DNA from: Corallochytrium limacisporum Hawaii
Taxonomy: Eukaryota; Protista; Pluriformea
NCBI GenBank assembly: GCA_002811645.1
Contig: PDIP01000122.1
Location: 34,098-98,097, forward strand
Direction of reading: 5' to 3'
Length of the DNA stretch: 64,000 bases
The notes below the pieces were generated by a model, which saw only the letters and a list, made by a program, of their open reading frames with translations, searched no databases and was not told the origin of the DNA. Shown one piece after another: positions 55,601-64,000 of this stretch (position 1 is its first letter; each line of letters begins with the position of its first letter). Position numbers and translations under genes: made by a program.

Positions 55601-58600
55601 TGTCCAGCAGGCAAACATTTTTTCGCGTTGTTTGACTTTCATAATTTCTCTTGAACACAGTGGTGCTGTGGTTATACTGGACGTAAGGAACATGTAGGCG
55701 AACGGGCCCGAAGAAGGAAATGAGTAACCCGATCGACGGAAATTAGTCAACGCTGAGCCAGGAACCAAAAAAAAAACACACACACACTGCGCAGTCGGAG
55801 AAAGGAAAAAAAGCAATGGGGTCCAGAAGGGGGAGCAGATGGCCCGTGATCTTAGGACCGAAAGATTGAAAAAAAACTCCGCACGAGAGCGGTAGGAGTG
55901 AGGAAACGAAAAATGAAGGAATTCTACACAATTTTTTTCCTTGGTGGAATACGAAATTTTCCACCTCGGGCCTCTCACTCTCTCTCTCTCCCTACCCTAC
56001 CCTCCGCAGCACCGAAAGAAATGAAGAGATTTAAATTCATTTCGGTGGTTGGTAGTGTTTCCTTCACGGCTGAGTCGGTAATGACAGGTGCCTGATTCAC
56101 TCACACTTCCACAGGAAGTGTTGCCGAATGCTCGTCGAAATATGCACACGACTGGTGAGGGTGTGTTTCCTTTTTCTTTTTCTTTTTCCTTTTTGTCGTT
56201 TCTGTTAATGAACATGTAACATAATGTACTGTAATGTTACCGCTGCATTTGGGCCAGGGACGGGAAGAGCGGACTTTGAGGACACTGGGGGCTGAAAGAC
56301 AGGGCCTCACACACACGCACACAGAGAGAGAGAGAGAGAGACCAGAGCGAAAGAGAAGCCCCCCCCCCCCTTTCGTGGCCCAGGAGAAGGGCCATATCTC
56401 TCTCCTTGCTCGTTGCTCGCTCCGTACTGATAAAACCAGCCAAACCCCCAAACCCCACAAAAAGAAAAAAAGGGGGGGGGGAATTGAATATACTTTGATA
56501 GGAAATGCTTGTGGCTTTTAACAAGCACGGGGCAGAAAGTTAGAAATTCTTCCCGCCGAGAAGCGCAGGCAAAAAAAAAAGAAAAGGGAAAAACCTAAAG
56601 GGAAACTAAAGGGGGCGAGGGGGAGGGGGCACGAAAAAACATAACAAAATGGCTTCTCTACTGAAACACAGAACAAACGACAACAGGCCCTAGGCGCGCG
56701 CCCAAGGAACCGCGTGATTCTTAGAAATAAAAAAACACCCTCGTTCTGACCAAGAAGATACTTGGGCTAACTCTCCAGCATTCATCGATTTTTCCCATTC
56801 TGATGTGATTACTTTTCTTTTTGGGTGGATAGACTACCGAAGTGTCTAACACGGACATAGGGAGAACGAAAAAATCCACAGAAGACGAATATTTCTAAAC
56901 TGTCCATTTTGGTGTATTTATATTTCTGGCTTTTTTTTGTTCTATTTTTTTTATTCATTTGTTTCCATTTTTTTCCCGGTAGTGTAGTCGTTGCGGCACG
57001 GGACGCGCGTTCCTCTCTCTCTCTCTCTCTCCCTCTGTGTCTCCCCCCCCCAACCACCCCACAAATAATCTAAAAGCACTCAAAAGCAAGTACAAAAACT
57101 ACCAACGCGGAAGGAAGCGGGGGCCACATAAACACACACACACACACATCAAAACACACACAAACGCACTCGCCCCAAAAAAAAATGGAACGAGAGAGAG
57201 CGCAAAGAGAGCAAAAGAGAACGCTGACAACAAACAACAAAGAGTAAAACGAAAAAAAAAAACGGGAACCCCCAGCCAAAGATACCGGCAAGAAAACACA
57301 CAAAAACACCGCATTTTGTATTGTATTCCTTTGGCCTCTTCCCCTGAAGCTTTTTGCTACGGAGAGCAATTAAAAAACAGGAAACAGTGGCGGCAGGGAA
57401 TAGAAGAGAAAAGCCCGAAGAAGAGCCACACGTCTACACACACACACGCGAGGACCGTCCCGCCACGCACGGCCACGCACGCGAAGACAGTTGGTAGTTG
57501 TTCTAAGTATGTGTACGTGGTGGGTGTGTTGGAAGATGAAGAGGAGGCGGTGGGGGAGGCGCGGTAAATAAACCCCAAAGGGGAATAAACAAAGGGGGGA
57601 AAAAACAACAAAAATATCTAAAAGAGAGGGGAAGGAAGGGCAGGAGGGGGAGAGAGAGAAAGAGGCCCTACCACCACCACCACCAAAACTGAAAAACCAA
57701 AAACGAAAAAGATCCGGATAGAGAAAAAGTTAGAAAAGTCCTTCATCAAACTCTGTCACATGGGGTGGGATTATTTCCGACCCGTGATAGCAAACAGGCC
57801 ACCATCGATGAGTTGGAAAGGGGGGAGGGGTGGGCCAAGGGGGAGGGGAGAGAGGAGAACCCACAAAGTAAAGAAAAAGCAAGGGCGAAAAAAAAATGAG
57901 AGAGCTAGCTTTGGACCCAAGGCCTGCAGCAGAAAACAGAAAAAAAAATGAAGCAACCTCAAAGAAGGGAAGAAAGGAAAGGAAAAGAAAGAAGCCGAAA
58001 TCTGCGTGGAGAGGATGGACAACACCGAAGAAAAACTGGAGAATAAAATGTACTGAACAGCAAACCATCTCGGCGCGCCAGAGGGGGGGGGGAGGAGAAG
58101 AGTGCGAGAGAGAGAGAGGGGGGGTCCGCGAGCGGTGGAGGGGGAAGAGTCGAAGGACACTACCGCAGGAGATCACCAGAGATGGACCGCACAACGCCGA
58201 GCCGTCCGTACAGAATATTTGCAACATACCATATGTGCTCCCTTAAATCTTAAGCATTTCAATATGCAATGGGGTCGTATGAAAATGCTAAGTGTGAAGT
58301 AGATGTATCTGGTTACCCACCGTCAGTTGTATTCAATGCCTCACGCCGCTCCCCCCCCGGGAGGGGGGGGAGAGTAGAGAGACAGAGAGAGAGAGGGAAT
58401 GAGAGAACAAAAAAAAATTTACTGTTCTCTTAGGCTTTGACTCCACAAAAGCAAAAAATTTTCCCCATTTTTTTTTCTTTTTTTTTTCTCTCTCTCTGTC
58501 TGTTTCTCTCGCTCTCTTCACGCACTCTCTCGCTCTCCCGGAGCCCCTTCACGCACCAATCTGGCTTAATGGATATATTTGTCATTCATTCCCTTTTTTA

Positions 58601-59299
58601 TTAAATACATTCAATATTAAAATGGGACATGCCAATGATGTGAGGAGGAGTAGTGCCCAAGATGGGAAGGATGGGAGGATCCTGCGGAAAAAAAGGGGAG
58701 GGAAGGGGGGGAGCGGGAGGGGAAGATACGTCACTGAGAACACGAGAGAGTTCACTGTTCAAGACTGGCACGCTGGAATGATGGTTGTGGGCTTCGGCTC
58801 ACGTTTTTGTTTGGGAAAGATGTAGGTAAGGACAAGTGATGTTATTCGCAGTCTGTGAGATGTGTTGTGTCCGGACAAAACGTGTTTGTTTGCGTACAGA
58901 CACGGATATGTCAACCAAACACGTTCGGAACCCTCGCTGTGGCTTTTGGACCCATTCCCGTCTGCGCGCAAAGGGCAACGGGGTACAAGGTACATCAGCA
59001 TCTGGAGGCAATACAATTAAGAGTGTGATTGCCAACTTCCATTAGTGTACGAGGTACACTTAATCCTATAGAACGATAAGCTGTAGTAGCTAAAAAAAGA
59101 ATCTTCCTGTCGCAAAGCGATCGGAAGCCTTTTTCAGTTTAGTTTAGGTACTAGTCTATCTTTTTGTTCTTGTTCCGTGAGAAAATCTAAAAGTACTAGT
59201 ATATTTCTTGCGTAAGACCTTTTTATGGTAGAAAGTTACGGACAGAGTCTACAAAACCTTTGTAGTTTAGATCGGTTAGACACAGAAACACAATTAGTC

Positions 59300-60124
59300 A
59301 TGTCAGCAACACAAGCTGTCAAGCCTACTTCGGTGGTTAGTTCCGATCACGCCGACGCAGAGGTGGTGAAGGGTGTGTGGGGAGGCAAATTGTCTCAACA
59401 CGACTCTTGGGACAAGATTATGTACTCTGAAAAGTTTCCGTACATGGTAGAGGCACGCGACCGCGAAAGCGAATTGCTGCGCCAGATCCTTGACGAACAT
59501 GTCGAGACTTACGGAGAGGTGGCCGTCGTTGATGTTGGCTGCTCGAGCGGGGAGGCCCTGCTCCGCATGCAAGCCAACCATAAAGCCAAGTACTGCTACG
59601 GCATTGACATCAACCCAGCGGCTGTCCAGGCCGGTAACCGTCGCCCTGAATTCGACAGCGCGAATTGCCAGCTCATCCATGGTGACGCCACACGCATGTC
59701 CGAGTACATGCCGGAGGGTTACCAGAAGGACGAGCCTCCGCATATTGTCATGAACCTGGGCAACACCTTTGGCATTCTCTATGGACCAGTCCGCAAGGCG
59801 ATCCTTGAGTCCATGTGCGACTTGGTCGGAGAGAAGGGCACTTTGGTGCTGTCCGTCTACAATGGTGAGAAGTTTGACTTCGCCATGAACACATTTTATC
59901 CCGGCATCCAGGACCTCAGCGGTCCCTTCGACAAAACCAAGCACGCCAATCCCGGCTCCTGCGAAATCAGGAACGACAATGGATACTACAGCCATTGGTG
60001 GCACGAGGAGGAGCTGCGGGACCTGCTAGAGCCCTACGGTCTTGTTGTAGACTACGTCGAACGCTTCTCGACGCACTACATGTTGCTGACCGCGCGCCGA
60101 GTAAAGGCTCCGATGGCCGGGTAA
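59300..60124 (+). CDS. Class I SAM-dependent methyltransferase, substrate unknown
   Basis: Motif I VVDVGCSSG, YGIDIN, HGDA, NTFG; biased codon usage. Likely ATG at 59300, with an in-frame upstream ATG at 59225. Confidence 0.88.
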   Translation: MSATQAVKPTSVVSSDHADAEVVKGVWGGKLSQHDSWDKIMYSEKFPYMVEARDRESELLRQILDEHVETYGEVAVVDVGCSSGEALLRMQANHKAKYCYGIDINPAAVQAGNRRPEFDSANCQLIHGDATRMSEYMPEGYQKDEPPHIVMNLGNTFGILYGPVRKAILESMCDLVGEKGTLVLSVYNGEKFDFAMNTFYPGIQDLSGPFDKTKHANPGSCEIRNDNGYYSHWWHEEELRDLLEPYGLVVDYVERFSTHYMLLTARRVKAPMAG

Positions 60125-60151
60125 ATCGATAGTAGCAGTTCAAACAAATTC

Positions 60152-60178
60152 CACACACACACACACACACACACACAC
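60152..60178. repeat. (CA)n microsatellite between convergent genes
   Basis: Seen directly. Confidence 0.9.
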
Positions 60179-60337
60179 AACCAAAACTAGTAGGAAGTAG
60201 CATGGATGGGTATGAATAACACGCCTTCCCGTAAACAATAAAAGACATCGTCGAATTCTATAGAACCATATCCTCCGAAAAAGTCATGGCATACCTCGCG
60301 AATGGTGATGATGGAACGTAAGCATGTATGTATCTTG

Positions 60338-62146
60338 TTATCTCTTGCCCCCTCCAACGGAAGCATTGTGCATCGACGGGGGCACCCTGAGGAAGACATC
60401 TTCGTCAATATTCTTGGTGCCCTTGAGTTCTTTCATGTAAATCTTGGAGTTCCGTTTGTGGTTGTACTTGGCCCGTTTGGTGGGAGGGAGGTCATCGATG
60501 CCGACATTGCGGTAACCGCGTTCCATGAACCACTGCATCGTCGTTGTGGACAGAGCAAAGATGTGCTTTGCTCCCTGACTCAACGCTCTACGCTCCATGT
60601 ACCCGAGCAGACTGTCACCCTTTCCCAGTTTACGGTAGCTTGGGTGGACAGCCACGGAACCCACCTCAGCATAGTCCTGGTCAAACATGGTCAGGTTCGC
60701 ACATGCCATAATCAGACCATCACGACTGCAAACAACAAAATTGCCGATCTCTTGCTCGAGGTCCTGTCGGTCCCGAGGAACGAGATTTCCTTGCGCTTCC
60801 ATGGGCTGGATAAGGTCCAGTATGCCCGGAATGTCAGAAGTGGATGCAGGCCGCATGCCATCGTACATATCGACTGATATCATGGTGTTTCCGGGCAGTT
60901 CGTCGCGGGTGAATAGTTCGACAAGCATGGCACCGTCCAGGTTGCGGTTGATCAGATGCGCACGGCTCACGCCCCGACGCAGGGCACCGACAGATTGCTC
61001 CATATAGCGCAAGAAATCCGGCGGAATAACCTGCCCATCGCGTTCTTTCGCCTCTCCGGATTTGATCCACTGCAGTACCTTGACCGCGTCCGGATAGTAC
61101 ATAGCCTGGATGATGTTACCCGTCTCCTTGTTCTTCCAACACTGGCCTGAGGCCATGAAAATGAGCTTTTGCGCCTTCAGGGATGCGGCCGTCGCACTCG
61201 CGACCTGCTCGGATGGAACTTTGTAGATCTCTCCCCCAACTGAGTAGCCAAGCCCGGTGAGAACTACGACGTCGCCATGCAGGAGCCTCTCCATGATTCG
61301 ATCATTGTGTACTCGCCGCATGCTACCCGTGTACTGCAGATCGACACCGTCTCTAACTCCGATCGGCTGAGCGGTGAAGAAATTACCAGAGACGATATTA
61401 AAGTCTAAGTTGATTGGTGAGTTCTTGATACCTTTCATGAGCTTCCGTTCGATCTCGAAACGTGTATGCCCGGCTGCGTCCATGCATGCCTGGAGCATGC
61501 GCTGCGTTACCACAGGATAGCCACCAGCGAAATGTTTGGCCTCGCCCATGGAACGCAATTTCTTGTCCGTTTGGTACCCACTGCCCGCAACCAGGACTAA
61601 CCGGACGCCGATCAGGCGCAGCAGAGCCAGGTCCTCCATAACTGAATCCAGAGAAGGGTGCACGAATAGATCGCCGGGTAGATGGACCACTACTACCGAC
61701 CCTTGGTGGGCCTTGATGTATGGGGCACTAGTTCGAAAAAAGTCCAGAAAGACGCCCTGCGTATCATGCAGCGATGCAGTGAGTGAGTGCTGATAGAGTG
61801 GGTTTGCGTGCGACGCTGGCGAGAGTTCCACTTTGGCTGTGTCCAGAGATTCGCTTTGCATTGTGTTGGCCTTGGCAGGTCTGACCTCCTCCTCCCGCTT
61901 TGGAGGGGTTGGTGGCGGTGAAAGAGTTTGATCGCTATCGGAGCTATTGCCATTGCTACTGTTGCTGTCAACTGCGGTCGGGGTGTGGTGGCCACTGTGG
62001 TCATCGCTCATGTTCCGGTGCCACAGGAAGGGCACCACGGCCAGCCGCGGTGATCCGCCTGAAGGGACGGTAGCACCCGCAGCATACTTCCTAGTGGCGA
62101 GACCACGTCGGAACGTAGAGCGCGCTGCTAACCCAAATCGAAGCAT
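60338..62146 (-). CDS. argA: Classical (bacterial/plant-type) N-acetylglutamate synthase, AAK + GNAT domains, with organellar presequence
   Basis: FFRTSAPYIKAH, SGNFFTAQPIGVRDGVDLQYTG, LGYSVGGE, GVSRAHLI, LVELFTRD, AVHPSYRKLGKGD, WFMERG, YNHKRNSK; N-terminal MLRFGLAARSTFRR presequence. Confidence 0.93.
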   Translation of the reverse strand: MLRFGLAARSTFRRGLATRKYAAGATVPSGGSPRLAVVPFLWHRNMSDDHSGHHTPTAVDSNSSNGNSSDSDQTLSPPPTPPKREEEVRPAKANTMQSESLDTAKVELSPASHANPLYQHSLTASLHDTQGVFLDFFRTSAPYIKAHQGSVVVVHLPGDLFVHPSLDSVMEDLALLRLIGVRLVLVAGSGYQTDKKLRSMGEAKHFAGGYPVVTQRMLQACMDAAGHTRFEIERKLMKGIKNSPINLDFNIVSGNFFTAQPIGVRDGVDLQYTGSMRRVHNDRIMERLLHGDVVVLTGLGYSVGGEIYKVPSEQVASATAASLKAQKLIFMASGQCWKNKETGNIIQAMYYPDAVKVLQWIKSGEAKERDGQVIPPDFLRYMEQSVGALRRGVSRAHLINRNLDGAMLVELFTRDELPGNTMISVDMYDGMRPASTSDIPGILDLIQPMEAQGNLVPRDRQDLEQEIGNFVVCSRDGLIMACANLTMFDQDYAEVGSVAVHPSYRKLGKGDSLLGYMERRALSQGAKHIFALSTTTMQWFMERGYRNVGIDDLPPTKRAKYNHKRNSKIYMKELKGTKNIDEDVFLRVPPSMHNASVGGGKR

Positions 62147-62828
62147 CGTATGTGTCTATGTGTATGTGAGGTGATTGCCTGCCTCGTTTGCAAAGTACAC
62201 TATGAGTAGCCCATTCTCCCACTATCGCTTTTTTATAGAGGCTCTGTAGAATTAGCCTAGCGTATCCCCCGTTGCAATCACAATCGTTCTTCTTAGACTT
62301 TGCAGTGATGTGAAGGCGGATGTTTCACAGGTTTCCCGTTTGAAATAGCCCGAAATGGCCAAAAGAAACACAAGCCGACCCGTAGACTTGAGGGCACCGC
62401 CGAGACCCTCCCGCGGTTTTTAACCTTGCACAGCCTGCCGGCCGCTCGTCCCGCCCCATACTTTCACTACCGCCAGGAAAATTTCCCGGGTCAGCAACTG
62501 CCTTCCTCGCTTCGTTTCGTCATTTGCATTGCACCAGCAAGTGATCTGCCATCGCTCTCCCCCGCCACCCCCCTCCTCCCGGGGGCCCCTTTCTCCCTGC
62601 GTCCCCCAACCCCTGCCCCGCGCCGGGCTGTGTGGTGGACGCGGCACCGCACTGCCCATACTGGCCCCTCGGGTGGCAGGCGAGCCGCGCGCGTTTATGC
62701 GCAAGAGGAAAACATGTCGTTTGGGAACTGTGGTGATTGCGCTGCATGAGGGTGGCACGCGTGCAGCGTGTGCTGTCTCGTCTCCAATTTTTGGTCAACT
62801 TGGGCAAAGAATCAGTGTGTACATGGTC

Positions 62829-62836
62829 TATTTAAG
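62829..62836 (+). promoter_or_regulatory. TATA-like element upstream of the snoRNA host transcript
   Basis: TATTTAAG about 130 nt upstream of the first donor, downstream of a GC-rich region shared with divergent argA. Confidence 0.3.
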
Positions 62837-63060
62837 ACCATAACGCGTGGAACTGGACATGCAGACAGGCCTTGGGTCCTTGGGAGATGGAAAAGAAGTT
62901 CTGTCTCCCCACGAGGGTGTCGCAGACCTTTCGTTAACTTGGTCTAACCGATCAAAATTTCAAGGCGTAAGTGTTACATGTGTGCGTAGTAATGTGGATG
63001 AATAGACGATTGGGCCGCTCGTGTGCTGGGGAAGCAGACTTCAGAGATGCTCTCTTTGAC

Positions 63061-63141
63061 CAGGAAGATGATATCGCATATAAACCCAGCTCTTCGAGAG
63101 AACCAGTGAGATAAAGAATTGTATGCTCATAATTCTGACAA
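63061..63141 (+). ncRNA. Box C/D snoRNA, snR69-like (guide for the LSU Cm2948-equivalent, yeast numbering)
   Basis: C-like AAGATGA at 63065; guide TAAACCCAGCTC (63081-63092) complementary to LSU GAGCUGGGUUUA; D' TCGA at 63094; D box CTGA at 63135. The +5 rule points to the C. Confidence 0.8.
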
Positions 63142-63441
63142 GCAAAATTGCAGATCAAACGAAAGCAATCTCCTTTCTGCATCCTTCCTTCATCAGCGTG
63201 TGCTATGCCATCTAGTCTACTTGTCTCTTTCTCTGAATTTGTCAACAGAAGCAACTAACATCCTTTAGCGACGTTTAATCTATTTCAACACACAGTCACG
63301 TCACATTGGTGAGCACAAATCGTAAGGGTCAATGAACTAAGTGTAAGTACACAAAATGTCCGAGCCACTGAAGGGATATTGCGGGCCTTGTCTCGCATGT
63401 AAGGGTAGTTAACGAGGACAAGGAAAGGGTCAACACATAGC

Positions 63442-63712
63442 GCCACAGCTCAGTCAGGGCTTTGTTGTTCTCTTATGAACGTTTTCGAACGTTCATAAGC
63501 AACCAGTGAATCTCAGCCTGTTACCGCTGTGGCAAAGCAAAATCTGTTACTGTCTTGGCGGTGGCCTTTGGTTTTGGGATATTCTTTCCCGCCGATGGGT
63601 TCCAATTCCGCTGCAGTTCGACAGGTGTCCCGCTTGAGAGTTGGATCTCTGTGCTTTTGACCTGGGTGCGTCCCAGTGCATACAGCGATCCTTAGTTGCG
63701 GGATGAACAAAT
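63442..63712 (+). ncRNA. Box H/ACA snoRNA, snR191/U19(SNORA74)-like (LSU helix 69 psi2258/psi2260-equivalents)
   Basis: 5' hairpin GCCACAGC/GCTGTGGC with pocket AGTCA + GTTAC, 14 nt to the H box AAAGCA (63534). 3' hairpin pocket GAGAGT + TAGTT, 14 nt to ACA (63707). Both pockets pair with GUAACUAUGACUCUC. Confidence 0.88.
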
Positions 63713-63915
63713 TTCCAATCCCTTTTTGATGTCAATCGTTTCTTTCTTCACTTCAGTGAAAACGGTGTATTCTCCCTTATGAACCGACAGACCAACTAAC
63801 ATACTTCTCAATCTTCCTCTTCCTCCTCATTGTAACGTACCAGGCAAACATATATGAATGTGTCCCGTACAAGCAGAATGTATAATACATCAAATTCTTT
63901 TAAACCAATTCTCGT

Positions 63916-63999
63916 CTAAACAATTCCTCCGGTGCCAATGGAAAAGTAGGCCATGTTGCCAATAGCCTGGCCCTTTCCACGGTCGAGGTAGTCGCAACG
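63916..63999 (-). CDS. Possible 3' end of a gene entering from beyond the window
   Basis: Open frame RCDYLDRGKGQAIGNMAYFSIGTGGIV* with coding-like codon usage; too short to identify. Confidence 0.3.
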   Translation of the reverse strand, partial: RCDYLDRGKGQAIGNMAYFSIGTGGIV

Positions 64000-64000
64000 A

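Larger units (their letters stand above)
62850..63900 (+). ncRNA. Probable non-coding snoRNA host transcript with two introns (62967-63268, 63343-63843); ends approximate
   Basis: Both introns have GTAAGT donors, AACTAAC branch points (63253-63259, 63794-63800) and YAG acceptors. The spliced exons give only a ~54-codon ORF with no recognisable similarity. Confidence 0.75.

Noticed and set aside
62952-63254. Minus-strand ORF with LYLTGSLEELG, resembling a CBM20 starch-binding motif
   Set aside because: No ATG start and no downstream conserved Trp residues; the 'motif' is the antisense of the snR69-like guide inside a + strand intron
1-64000. tRNA, rRNA, CRISPR arrays, transposase/RT genes
   Set aside because: None recognised; isolated GTTCGA hits (e.g. 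~11562, ~48824) lack cloverleaf context

Overview
Eukaryotic genomic DNA from an almost intron-free unicellular holozoan. This is an inference from a Shank-like SPN-ankyrin protein, IP3 receptor, Rheb, CCDC13 and Top6A/SPO11-3, all with intronless CDSs; Corallochytrium-like is a plausible but untested guess. About 19 protein genes lie in compact clusters separated by microsatellite- and poly-C/poly-G-rich spacers with assembly gaps: Shank-like SPN-ANK, CDC27, RPL41, RAB5, two J-domain proteins, two ABCG half-transporters, CCDC13, ITPR, BET3, TOP6A, RHEB, eIF3j, an FYR-domain protein with one intron, NDUFS7, a SAM methyltransferase and a classical ArgA-type NAGS. Highlights not shown by the ORF track: (1) the head-to-head ABCG pair has complementary degenerate ATPase motifs, predicting an asymmetric heterodimer; (2) an apparently non-coding two-intron host carries an snR69-like C/D snoRNA and an snR191/U19-like H/ACA snoRNA; (3) a doubly frameshifted DYBLUF/TEX47 axonemal gene; (4) the few introns have strict GTAAGT...ACTAAC...YAG signals. 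All homology calls rest on motif recognition by eye; no database searches were run.
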